64,000 nucleotides of DNA, from positions 288,001 to 352,000 of the forward strand of contig JBFWNL010000003.1 in the NCBI GenBank assembly GCA_050251055.1, written 5' to 3'. Position numbers and translations under genes: made by a program. The DNA is from Bacteriovoracia bacterium. GTDB lineage: Bacteria > Bdellovibrionota > UBA1018 > JBFWNL01. The notes under the pieces are model-generated. The model saw only the letters and a program-made list of their open reading frames with translations, was not told where the DNA came from and made no database searches. Positions 49,230 to 58,491 of the stretch are shown one piece after another (position 1 is the first letter of the stretch; each line of letters begins with the position of its first letter).

Positions 49230-50464
49230 CCGTACCTCGCGGCGACGACGCGCGCTTGGCGCACGACCTGAACCAGGGGCCCGTCGGCATTCGGTACGAC
49301 GTGACTCATGAGCTCGCCGTGGGGAAATGAGATCAAAGCTCCCGAAGCGCGCGCGGGCCACTGCAAGATCAGCCGGGGCGAGAAGTCGTTCACCGAAAAC
49401 TTCTCCCAACCCAGAACATCCCGGCAAAGCTTGTAAATTTCATCGAACGAACGCGCGGAGGCGAAGTCGGGCGCGTCCTCCAGGCCGATCTCTTCGCCCA
49501 TCCGCAGTACCCGCAGCCGATAGGAGTCCGCAAACGGACCCTCCACCTCGGCCCACACCGCGAGTCGAGCGAAGAAGCCCACCTGGGTGGTCCGCAGAGG
49601 CACGCGCGACATCACCGACCACTGCTCCAAAATACGGGCCTTCGTCGGAAAAATAGAAAAATCCTGCTCGGCTTTCTTCAGGCGCGCGATCGCCTGGGTC
49701 TGCACCCAGCGCGTGAGCCGAGGCGTCCAGAACGCGAGCACGCCCTGGCGAACCTTCGCCGTCCGCAGTCCCGCCGCGTAACCGGCCGTTTGGTAAAAGC
49801 GCAAACCGTCGGGCGTCAGCTCGATGTGGTCGGCCGAGGTCACCATGCCGTCGTTACCCAGCCGTTCGCGCACGAACTCGAGCAACCCGTTGCGATACCG
49901 AACGACGTCCACGTCGGCCATGCGCGGGAGCTGAATCCCGCGCGCGTCTTCCCAGCGATCAGCGGCGCGCGAGGTAAAACCCGGTAGGCGCGCCACCGCC
50001 GAAAGCCCGGCGAGTTCGCCCGGGTTCAAGCCCTGGTCGTGGGCCGTAACGAAAAGCTCTTCCACCCTGTCCCATTCTGGCTTGTCCCACTCCGGCCTGC
50101 CTTCATCGGGCCGCAGCCAGATCCAATCGCGTCCCCGCACGTGCGGCGCCTGCGAATCGCGAAACCCCTCGGTGGCTTCGCCGGGCCAGGAAAGCTCCAC
50201 CGCGCCCGGAAACGCCGGCCGCAGCTCCTCGGCCGCGGCATCCGGCTGGCTCGCGCGCAGGCGCTCGGCCGCGCCGCCCGCGTCTCCGGAGTGGGACGCC
50301 ACGAAAGGATCAAAAGGAAGTTCGGAATTCTCGCGAAAAAAGTCGAACTCGGGATTGAGTAGCAAGACGCGTTTGCCTTTGGCAATCAGCTCGCTGGCCA
50401 CCGCCAACGGGGCCACGCCCGTCCCCAGCAGCGCGACGTCATAGACGTCGCTATCGACCGCCAT
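49226..50464 (-). CDS. Divergent FAD-dependent oxidoreductase-fold (DAO/sarcosine oxidase beta-like) protein
   Basis: N-terminal Rossmann-like YDVALLGTGVAPLAVASELIAKGKRVLLL (GxGxxP); about 410 aa. Confidence 0.55.
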   Translation of the reverse strand: MAVDSDVYDVALLGTGVAPLAVASELIAKGKRVLLLNPEFDFFRENSELPFDPFVASHSGDAGGAAERLRASQPDAAAEELRPAFPGAVELSWPGEATEGFRDSQAPHVRGRDWIWLRPDEGRPEWDKPEWDRVEELFVTAHDQGLNPGELAGLSAVARLPGFTSRAADRWEDARGIQLPRMADVDVVRYRNGLLEFVRERLGNDGMVTSADHIELTPDGLRFYQTAGYAAGLRTAKVRQGVLAFWTPRLTRWVQTQAIARLKKAEQDFSIFPTKARILEQWSVMSRVPLRTTQVGFFARLAVWAEVEGPFADSYRLRVLRMGEEIGLEDAPDFASARSFDEIYKLCRDVLGWEKFSVNDFSPRLILQWPARASGALISFPHGELMSHVVPNADGPLVQVVRQARVVAARYG

Positions 50465-51739
50465 TTAACCGGCTCCCGACGTTTCCCGCCCGGAGCCCGC
50501 GGGTTCAGCCAGCACGCCCATCACCCGTTTAAGCGCGGTGTGGATCTGGGCTTTCTTATATTCAAGGTGCGAGCTGCGACCGCGCTCGTTTTCCTCGAAG
50601 CTTTTCTGATCCATGATCTGGACCTCGAAAGGATAAAAGAAGCGCACCTCGCGCTGCAGGTACTTGAGATCGATATCCTTCACCATCGTGGCGAAGCGGT
50701 CCGGCAGGTTTTCCTTCTTCGCCTCCGCCTTAAGCGCCTTGATGTCGTCGAAAAGTGGGTTTGTGAACTTAATGAGCTGCCGGCAGGTAAACTGAATGGA
50801 GCGGTAAAACGCGCTGGAATGCGGGTTGTCGGTCGCGAGCTGAGGCGGACGAATGGAACGCAGCAGTTCCTCGCGCAACGCCTCCTCGCCGACTTGCCCC
50901 CGATTGGCCATCACCAAGAGCTCCTCAAGACGGCTACGGAAGAACGAAAGATCGATGAGCGTATTGCGCGAGCGGCTGGCCTTGATGTTGGCCGGCATGA
51001 CCACCATCGAGTCCTTCAGGTACTTCACCACCCGCAGCGAATCGAGCACGGTGGGCGTCACGATGCGCATGCCGACGCGGTCGAAGATTTCGTCGGTGAC
51101 GTTTTCGCGCTTGAAGAGCACCTTCAGCAGCATCGACTCGCGCGATTTCTTGGGCTTGGTCTCGAACGCGGTAAGCGGGATGCGCGCGTCGCCCATGTAA
51201 AGCTCGCCCTGGTCCCCGCGGTGGATCACCTTGTAGAAACGGTCGAAAATCTGCTTCTGGATGTCGGAAAAATAGGGTGTGCGCACGTCCTTGTCGATGT
51301 GGGCGATCGCGTGAACGACCTTCAGCAGGCTGCAAGCCCAGGCGCGCAGGGCCTGGCCGGCCGCGTCCGCCTGCTGGCCCGGATAAGTGTGTCCGGCCAT
51401 CAGCAGGAGATCGCGCATGTCGGTCACTTCAAGGATCTTGCGCGGAATCTCGAGCTTCAGCCCGTCGGGATTCTCCGGCTGCAGGAAGTACTTCCGTACG
51501 AAGTTGATCGCCTCATGAAAGTTCCCCAGCGCCTCGGCACGCTCGATGGGATCGGCCAGGTCGAAGCCGTAGCTCTGCATGAAACGGTCGGCGTCTTCAT
51601 GCGTCTTCAAGCGGAAACCGGACAGCCCGATATCGGTATCGATGATGGAAACGCCGCCGATCATGACGTCGAGCACTTCGAAACGGAAGTCGTACTTTCC
51701 GTAAATCGAATCAAGGGCTTTGCGGTCAGGCGGTTGCAT
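50465..51739 (-). CDS. TIGR04552/TIGR04562-like protein with RelA/SpoT-type nucleotidyltransferase motifs
   Basis: KPKKSRESMLLKVLFK...IFDRVGMRIV...NPHSSAFYRSIQFT...FFYPFEVQIMD...SSHLEYK. Confidence 0.8.
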   Translation of the reverse strand: MQPPDRKALDSIYGKYDFRFEVLDVMIGGVSIIDTDIGLSGFRLKTHEDADRFMQSYGFDLADPIERAEALGNFHEAINFVRKYFLQPENPDGLKLEIPRKILEVTDMRDLLLMAGHTYPGQQADAAGQALRAWACSLLKVVHAIAHIDKDVRTPYFSDIQKQIFDRFYKVIHRGDQGELYMGDARIPLTAFETKPKKSRESMLLKVLFKRENVTDEIFDRVGMRIVTPTVLDSLRVVKYLKDSMVVMPANIKASRSRNTLIDLSFFRSRLEELLVMANRGQVGEEALREELLRSIRPPQLATDNPHSSAFYRSIQFTCRQLIKFTNPLFDDIKALKAEAKKENLPDRFATMVKDIDLKYLQREVRFFYPFEVQIMDQKSFEENERGRSSHLEYKKAQIHTALKRVMGVLAEPAGSGRETSGAG

Positions 51740-51759
51740 TCAAGGGGACATTAACATGG

Positions 51760-51848
51760 CGATATAGGTGCCAGGCAACTTTTCTGCTAGACGATGCCAC
51801 AAGGATTTGCTGCGTCGCACACCAAAAAACTACCTGGCACCTTTATCG
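51760..51848. repeat. 16-bp inverted repeat (1 mismatch) in the divergent promoter region
   Basis: CGATATAGGTGCCAGG (51760-51775) versus CCTGGCACCTTTATCG (51833-51848). Confidence 0.7.
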
Positions 51849-51852
51849 GGTA

Positions 51853-51871
51853 CTGTCGAATGTTTCGACAG
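51853..51871. promoter_or_regulatory. Palindromic candidate activator/operator site
   Basis: CTGTCGAA-tgt-TTCGACAG. Confidence 0.5.
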
Positions 51872-51962
51872 CTCACCGTATTTTTGCCCTAAAATTCCCC
51901 ATAATCTTGGGCTCCAGAAGCGCATCTCCCTGGTCTATTAATTGCTCTTTTTAGTTCAGGCT

Positions 51963-53582
51963 ATGAAGCGGCGATACTTTGAGATTTTAACTCTGCTTTG
52001 GCTATTCGCGGGGGCGGGTCCGACTTGGGCAAGGAAACCCTCTCAGCAGGAAACGCCGACCCTCGAGCAGATCCGCACCCTCCTGGAGAGTCGCAAAACC
52101 GGTACCTCGATAGAAAACCTGCTCCAACACCTGGCGGAAAACTTCCCGCTCTACATGAGCCACTTTACCTTGATGTTCGACAGCCAAAGCCTTCAAGAAG
52201 GAACCCCGACGAATCCCCGTGCGATCGTTTACGGCAGGGATGCCAACCTCCTCTTGTCGTTCAACGGTCACCCCGCGGACCCGCAGAAAAAATACCGGGA
52301 TAACTCCAATGGCTTCGAAAACCTCGAACTCATCGAATTCCAAGCCGACACTCACGAATTTCGTTTCTTTGAAGTCACCCGCCAAAATGGGAGACTCGCG
52401 ATCTCAGAACCCAACCCCGCCAAGTGCTACGAATGTCACGGCCAAGCCGACTTACGACCAAACTGGGAACCTTACGACACCTGGCCGGGGGCCTTCGGTT
52501 CCTTTGATGATCGTCTCTATGGAGGACAGCCCTCCGAGAACAACGGCTATTTCGACTTTAAACGAACCAATCCCGCGCTGGAGCTTTCGCAGCTGAAGGA
52601 ATTCATAGTTACCGCCGGCGCCCATCCCCGCTATCGGCACTTGCAGAACCTCGCCGCGTCCTATGAGGCTGGGCGCTCGACCTCGTTTGACCGACAGCTC
52701 GATCTGCCCCGGATGACCAAGGTTCGGCACAACGGCAATCTCACGACGCTTATCGCGCGCAAAAACTTGAAACGCGTGGTTCGCCTAATGAAACAAACCC
52801 CCGACTACGCTGCATATAAGTACGCCATCTTGGGCGCTTGGAAATGCCCAAGCGGGGATCATGACAAACCTTGGGACTTCGTTCCGTCCACGCTGGTGAA
52901 AATTTACCCAAAATCCCCTTACGCGGCGAAGAACAGCGAAAGGGAGGAGGGCTTGTTCAAGGAGATCTTCGAGCGCCGCGGTATATCGATCAAGGATTGG
53001 AGTACGAGCTTTCGCAAGGGCATCCCCGACTCCTTCAACATCCCAAACGACCCTTCTTCCATTTCAGACGAGTTCGCTTGGGCGATGGCGGAATCCGACC
53101 CCGAGCTGGATGAGTACCTTTCACGAAGCTCGAAACCCGGGGTTTACACACCTTGGCTCGAATCCCATACCGTGGCCATGAAAGACGTCGGCCCCCTCCA
53201 AGGATGTGACGCGCTCAAAGCCAAGAGTCTCTCCGTACTGAGCAAGCTGAACGCCGTGCAACCCGCTCGAGCTCTTCAGCCAAACGCCAGTTCGTTGCTG
53301 CAAAGCTGCGTGCGTTGTCACGTCAATTCTAAAATTGGCGCCGCCATCGCGTTTGACGACGAAAAGCTGCTAGGAGCGCAGCTTCAGAACCCCCCGGCGG
53401 AACTAGATTCCACCGAGCCCACCCTGGCGGCTGAGATCATCCGGCGGATTTCCATTCGGGCCGAGGAGCCCGACCTTTCCCTCCGCAGATTGCGGATGCC
53501 CAGGGGAGGAAAATCGTTTACGGCCGAGGAGATCGACCAAATCCGAACTTGGTTGAAAACCACTTCACCGCCTAGGCCTTAG
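51963..53582 (+). CDS. Exported diheme c-type cytochrome domain protein
   Basis: Signal peptide; CYECH and CVRCH heme-binding motifs; C-terminal RMP axial-Met pattern. Confidence 0.75.
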   Translation: MKRRYFEILTLLWLFAGAGPTWARKPSQQETPTLEQIRTLLESRKTGTSIENLLQHLAENFPLYMSHFTLMFDSQSLQEGTPTNPRAIVYGRDANLLLSFNGHPADPQKKYRDNSNGFENLELIEFQADTHEFRFFEVTRQNGRLAISEPNPAKCYECHGQADLRPNWEPYDTWPGAFGSFDDRLYGGQPSENNGYFDFKRTNPALELSQLKEFIVTAGAHPRYRHLQNLAASYEAGRSTSFDRQLDLPRMTKVRHNGNLTTLIARKNLKRVVRLMKQTPDYAAYKYAILGAWKCPSGDHDKPWDFVPSTLVKIYPKSPYAAKNSEREEGLFKEIFERRGISIKDWSTSFRKGIPDSFNIPNDPSSISDEFAWAMAESDPELDEYLSRSSKPGVYTPWLESHTVAMKDVGPLQGCDALKAKSLSVLSKLNAVQPARALQPNASSLLQSCVRCHVNSKIGAAIAFDDEKLLGAQLQNPPAELDSTEPTLAAEIIRRISIRAEEPDLSLRRLRMPRGGKSFTAEEIDQIRTWLKTTSPPRP

Positions 53583-53686
53583 CCCACCGTCTAGGTTCCC
53601 TGCATGCGTCCTGGCCGACGCAAGGGCGGGAGGCCCGTCGGCCCCTTCGAAATTGCTCGGTTTTCCTCGCCGAAAAAGCGGCGTCT

Positions 53687-53703
53687 TTGGCACGCCCCTC
53701 GCA
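53687..53703 (+). promoter_or_regulatory. sigma54-type promoter of GH43-like paralog 2
   Basis: TTGGCACGCCCCTCGCA (GG-N10-GC) about 50 bp upstream of the start. Confidence 0.6.
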
Positions 53704-53752
53704 AAACCTAGGATCACAGGGATCACGGCCAATATAGAAATGGGGCGCATGC

Positions 53753-55285
53753 ATGCGGTACGGATCCTTTGGCCGAATCACTCTTCTGCTCATTGTCTTG
53801 ATTTCCACTACGGAAAAACCGACTCTCGCCACCGACCCCTCGCCACCTTTAGGTGAGGACGGCTGTCCCGGCCTCGGCAGTTACGCGGTTGGCCCCGCCT
53901 ATCACCGCAACCCCAACGGCGCGTTCTGTAAAATCCAAAACACCTCGCAAGGTTTCTTTAACTTCGCCACCAACGGTAAACGCAACCGTGGGTATCTATC
54001 GGATCCGTCGATCCATAAAATTGGCGACTGGTATTACGCCACCGGCACTTCCGAAATGGTAGGCACGACGAATATCGTGATCTTCCGATCGCGCGATCTC
54101 GGCAACTGGACGCGCTGGATGACGGCGTTCCCGGAAAATTACGAAAACAATTACCAGACGCTGGTGTTGAACCAAGGCCGAAAATTCTGCCATATTTGGG
54201 GACCCCAACTTTATACCGATCCCAACAACCCGAACCGGGTGTTCATGACCTTCGCGGCGGTCGAAAACCAGGGGGCGAACCTGTGCACGCATCCCGACCG
54301 CATCAACCTCAACTCGCAATACGTGACGTCCATTTCCATGGACAACTTCCTCGCGCACCGGCCAGCGAACCCAAAATACTTCGCCGATCCGGCCGACAAT
54401 CGCGCATTCGAGCCCGCGGCCTATTTTTACACCGTGAACAATAGAACGGGCGCCCAGAAAAAGTACGACGGTGGAGCGGCCGCCGGTCACCCCATCCCCA
54501 CGACCGTACTCTACGACCGCCAAGGACCCAACCCCGGCGACACCTACTTCGACGGCTGGCGCCTCTGCCACCGCGGCATGGGCTGCACGCCCAGCATGGC
54601 GCTTGATGGCTCCGTGTTTTTTGATCCGAACCAGGGAAACAAACGCTGGATGATTTATGCGTGGATGGTCGAACGCGGCGGTAACAACTGGTACGGGCAG
54701 CACATCGCGGCCCATCCGCTCCTCAACAATTACAAGATGAACGCCGCCGTTCCCGATCAACTCCTGCCGATGGCGTTTCGACTGAACACCCGTACGCCAG
54801 ACCGAGACCGCAACGGCACGGTCACGAGCGACGGTTGCGTATCCGCGGGCTCCGTTCGCTCGGGACGTTGCCTGGCCGAAGGCGGGGGCGCCTTCTACTG
54901 GAACGGCTGGTACTATATCTACTACAGCCGCAATCACTATACGTCATCGCGCTACAAGATCGTCTACCGCAAGGCTCGCACCTTCGAAGCGCTCGCGCTC
55001 GCGCGCTGGGACCAAGCCGATGCGGTGGAGTACCCGCTCGTGGCTTCCGCCGACGCGACCACCGCCGCGGGCCGCAGCTACGGCAGCGGCGAGATCTTCG
55101 TCGGCCCGGGCGATCGCCCTTACGTGGTTTTTCACGCCAAGGATGCGGATAGCTGGCCCCGCACGCCCTTCATTAAGGAACTCACTTTCCGGGACGATGG
55201 AACGATCGCCCCCTTGAGCGACGCCGCTGGCGAGGTCCCGCGGCGGAACATCCAGTTCTTTATTATCCCAAGGCCACAACCGTAA
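53753..55285 (+). CDS. Exported GH43-like glycosidase (paralog 2)
   Basis: YLSDPSI...YYATGT, SRDLGNW, IWGP, ALDG, LAEG; ends PFIKELTFRDDGTIAPLS...IPRP like paralog 1. Confidence 0.75.
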   Translation: MRYGSFGRITLLLIVLISTTEKPTLATDPSPPLGEDGCPGLGSYAVGPAYHRNPNGAFCKIQNTSQGFFNFATNGKRNRGYLSDPSIHKIGDWYYATGTSEMVGTTNIVIFRSRDLGNWTRWMTAFPENYENNYQTLVLNQGRKFCHIWGPQLYTDPNNPNRVFMTFAAVENQGANLCTHPDRINLNSQYVTSISMDNFLAHRPANPKYFADPADNRAFEPAAYFYTVNNRTGAQKKYDGGAAAGHPIPTTVLYDRQGPNPGDTYFDGWRLCHRGMGCTPSMALDGSVFFDPNQGNKRWMIYAWMVERGGNNWYGQHIAAHPLLNNYKMNAAVPDQLLPMAFRLNTRTPDRDRNGTVTSDGCVSAGSVRSGRCLAEGGGAFYWNGWYYIYYSRNHYTSSRYKIVYRKARTFEALALARWDQADAVEYPLVASADATTAAGRSYGSGEIFVGPGDRPYVVFHAKDADSWPRTPFIKELTFRDDGTIAPLSDAAGEVPRRNIQFFIIPRPQP

Positions 55286-55342
55286 GGCCCGTGGGATCCA
55301 CTCGAGTCTAGCCGGGGGGCATGGTCGTGCTATAGTACGGCC

Positions 55343-55885
55343 ATGCGTTTCGCCCGCTCCGCCAAGCAGGTGGTCCACTGGGATCGCCTGAAAACTCCCG
55401 TCGACCACGCCGCGTTCGCCATCGCCACCGCGCTCGGGGCCGGGTTGTTCCCTAAGGCTCCGGGCACGATGGGGGCGATCTTCGGGTTGCCGCTCGCCTA
55501 TTGGCTTTCGGGGGTCGACGTCACGCTAGCCGTCGCCGTCATCGCAGGACTTACGGCGGCCGGGACGTGGTCGGCCAAGCATCTCGACACGATCATGGGT
55601 ACGGGAGACAACCAGATCATCGTCATGGACGAGGTCATCGGCGTCTGCATCACCGCGCTCACGATCGAACGCAACCCCGTGCTGCTCTTCGTGGCCTTCG
55701 TTTTATTTCGCTTCTTCGATATCGTGAAGATCCCGCCCGTGCGCGCGATCGATCGGTGGTCGAAAAACAAAGGCGCGTGGGCCGGAGGCTTCGGCGTGAT
55801 GGCTGATGATATCGTCGCGGGGCTACAAGGGTTATTCGTGATCTGGGGCGTCTCGAATCTGGTCGCGCTTTACTTTCCCGCCTGA
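55343..55885 (+). CDS. pgpA: Phosphatidylglycerophosphatase A
   Basis: GAGLFPKAPGTMG, IVMDEVIG, LFRFFDIVK, GVMADDIVAG. Confidence 0.95.
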   Translation: MRFARSAKQVVHWDRLKTPVDHAAFAIATALGAGLFPKAPGTMGAIFGLPLAYWLSGVDVTLAVAVIAGLTAAGTWSAKHLDTIMGTGDNQIIVMDEVIGVCITALTIERNPVLLFVAFVLFRFFDIVKIPPVRAIDRWSKNKGAWAGGFGVMADDIVAGLQGLFVIWGVSNLVALYFPA

Positions 55886-55895
55886 AGAACCAGAA

Positions 55896-56909
55896 TTACG
55901 GGGCGGGCGAGGTGAAGTTATCGCGGAATGGATTCGTCTGAGCGGGCTTTTCCTCCCGCTGATTTTTTCTCCAAAGCTGATGATAAGCGGCGATGCCAGA
56001 GTCGGCCTTGGCCGCCAGCCAGTCCGTTTCAAGGCCCGATTCGGGAGGATCCTGCGCCGTCATCACGCGGAGGTCTTGGCGGTGAAGAATGGGAAACACG
56101 ATTCGGGTAAAAACCCACGCCGAGAACCAGGCCACCCACTTGGGCTTGCCGGGGGGCAGGAATACCCGGGCTACGAACCAACTATGCTTCTCGTCCACGG
56201 GCGCGCACGCGATGATCGAACGTTCGCGCTTCGGGGTATCGTAACTCGCCAACCCAGGAAATTTGACCGCACCATAAATTGGAAATCCCTGGTTTTTCGC
56301 CGAAACGAGGCCTTCTTTCCTTAAGTTACCCGTCACTTCGATGAGGTCCCCTCGAATCTCGCATCCAAACGCCGCGGCGATGGGGCCCAGCGTGGGGGGG
56401 CTGAATAACCGGTGGACGAAATAAAAATGACCGAAATCTAAGTTCGCCTCCATGAGACGGACGAAGCTGATCGGCGTCTCCCGCGAGATTTGCGTATAAG
56501 GAAGCCCCCGCTCTCCTTCGTATCCGTCAAACCAAGGGATCGCTGGCAATTGAACACGGGGTTCCCCCCACCACAGCCAGATCAGTCCGTGCGCCTCTCG
56601 TACGGGATAACTCCGCGCCCTAAACCCCACGGGCGGTTTGCACTCCGTACCGTTCGCAGGAATTCCCGCACACTCCCCACGATGGTCAAAGCGGATTCCG
56701 TGATAGGGGCACTGAATGCAGTTGTCTTGGATTTTACCCAGGCTTAAAGCCGTGCCTCGATGAGGGCAGCGGTCTTGCAAGCAGCTCAAAGTCCCGTCGC
56801 TTGTCCGCCAAAGCACGAGCCGCTCACCGAATCGCCGGATCGAAACGGGCCTAGCCCCCCCTTTGATTCGCTGACTTTCGAAGATCGCGTACCAATGATT
56901 TTTTAGCAT
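55896..56909 (-). CDS. Rieske non-heme iron oxygenase (VanA/KshA-like alpha subunit)
   Basis: CPHRG...CPYHG Rieske motif; MEANLDFGHFYFVH mononuclear Fe site; late QD. Confidence 0.88.
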   Translation of the reverse strand: MLKNHWYAIFESQRIKGGARPVSIRRFGERLVLWRTSDGTLSCLQDRCPHRGTALSLGKIQDNCIQCPYHGIRFDHRGECAGIPANGTECKPPVGFRARSYPVREAHGLIWLWWGEPRVQLPAIPWFDGYEGERGLPYTQISRETPISFVRLMEANLDFGHFYFVHRLFSPPTLGPIAAAFGCEIRGDLIEVTGNLRKEGLVSAKNQGFPIYGAVKFPGLASYDTPKRERSIIACAPVDEKHSWFVARVFLPPGKPKWVAWFSAWVFTRIVFPILHRQDLRVMTAQDPPESGLETDWLAAKADSGIAAYHQLWRKNQREEKPAQTNPFRDNFTSPAP

Positions 56910-57108
56910 CCCCCACCCCGCCTTCTTAAATCCTGGTCAAGGTAGGGGCTCCCACAAAGCAGGGACAGGGAATTCTGGGTTGGTTAACAAAAATTAACCC
57001 GATATTTTGCGCGATCGTCCAGACATCGATCCCCTCGCGCCCGCATCACCCCTCGTCAACCTTTTGACGATTACTCCACTCTCTTCGTGAATATTCCGAA
57101 GGGCCAGG

Positions 57109-58443
57109 GTGAACCTTCGCCTTCCGATCCTAAGCCTCGCTTTTGGATTGAGCCTTCCTACGGCCTTCGCCTATCCGCCGTGGATCCGGCCCGCCTATGA
57201 GGGCCTTATCCGCTACGAGCAGAACTATGTTTTCCGCATCAATAATCCCGACTATTTCCACTCCATCGGAGGACGATCGGTGGGTCTGCCGTCCAGATAC
57301 TTTCCGGAAAACAAACCGGAGTTCAAGCTTCTTACGGTAGAACTCCCCGTCGATGAAGCGCTGATCTATGGATTCGATGAAATTCCCGCGGAACTAAAAG
57401 TCACCCGAGGGGGAAAGTCTTATGTGAAATTCCTGATTCACCCTGAATCCCGAGATCTTTATATAGATCTCATAAAGAAGTACGGCGCGAAGGAGGAATA
57501 CACGGCGACTTCGTTATCTTCCTATCGATCGCTGGTGATTTGGAAGGCCGATCAACCCGGATCGGAACTCATGGTTAAGCTTTCGCTCAATCGAAAAATT
57601 GGCGGCGTCGTGCGAAACCTCGAAGGAGAGTGGATCCAACGGGCGAACGGTGCGTCGGCTTTGGTGCACACGATTAACCCAGAAACGCTCGAGCAAATGG
57701 GTATTGGTATGATCGACGAGCCGGCGTCCATCACGCCATCCGAAATAAATGGCGGCATGCAAATCCGTCGGTGGCCCACCGACTCCCCGGCAAAACGCCG
57801 CCTGATTCCGATGTTTAGCTTAGGCGCCACCACCCCTGTAAACACGCGCCTAAGCCAAGCGTCGCCCCTGCTAGAAGAATACATCAAACGCAGCGGCTTA
57901 TCGGCCCAGCAGTTCATAGAAAAGCATATCATCGCCCCGGTCACCCGACAGCTCGCTTACTTAGCGGTGGAGGAAGGCATCGTACTGGAACCCCACGCGC
58001 AGAATATATTGATGGAATTCGACGAAAACGGTCTTCCTACTGGCAAGTTTTGGTATCGAGACTTTGGTGGGTTTTCCGTGGACCCTGGCCTGCGAAAAGC
58101 CGCAGGTAAAGACTTTTCGTTTCTCCCAAAAAACTTAACCCCTGAGAGTTTAAAACCCTATTCTCCAGACGGCATTTTAGGTTCATTGGAAAAATACTTC
58201 GTGGATGGGAACATGTATGGACTGACCCGCAGTCTGGAAACGCAGCACCCGAGTATCAACGTGGATTGGATGCGTACGACCTACTCGAAGCATATGCACG
58301 CGGCTCTCGCCGCTCGGCTCGGCACCCCTTCGGCTTCGGGTCGAGTAACCGAGTTGGCTTTCAATCGACGCTCCAACAACGGGAAAGCCGACTCCGCCCG
58401 ATTGCTTTGCACAGCCAAGACCATGGATCAGCCCCGCCCGTGA
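57109..58443 (+). CDS. IucA/IucC-like (NIS synthetase fold) protein with a signal peptide
   Basis: IHPES, TSLSSYRSL, VKLSL, LEPHAQNILM, YRDFGG; N-terminus MNLRLPILSLAFGLSLPTAFA. Confidence 0.7.
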   Translation: MNLRLPILSLAFGLSLPTAFAYPPWIRPAYEGLIRYEQNYVFRINNPDYFHSIGGRSVGLPSRYFPENKPEFKLLTVELPVDEALIYGFDEIPAELKVTRGGKSYVKFLIHPESRDLYIDLIKKYGAKEEYTATSLSSYRSLVIWKADQPGSELMVKLSLNRKIGGVVRNLEGEWIQRANGASALVHTINPETLEQMGIGMIDEPASITPSEINGGMQIRRWPTDSPAKRRLIPMFSLGATTPVNTRLSQASPLLEEYIKRSGLSAQQFIEKHIIAPVTRQLAYLAVEEGIVLEPHAQNILMEFDENGLPTGKFWYRDFGGFSVDPGLRKAAGKDFSFLPKNLTPESLKPYSPDGILGSLEKYFVDGNMYGLTRSLETQHPSINVDWMRTTYSKHMHAALAARLGTPSASGRVTELAFNRRSNNGKADSARLLCTAKTMDQPRP

Positions 58444-58491
58444 CTTGAACGAAAATCTGGCAAATACGGAACGATGGGTTAAGTTCACGAC

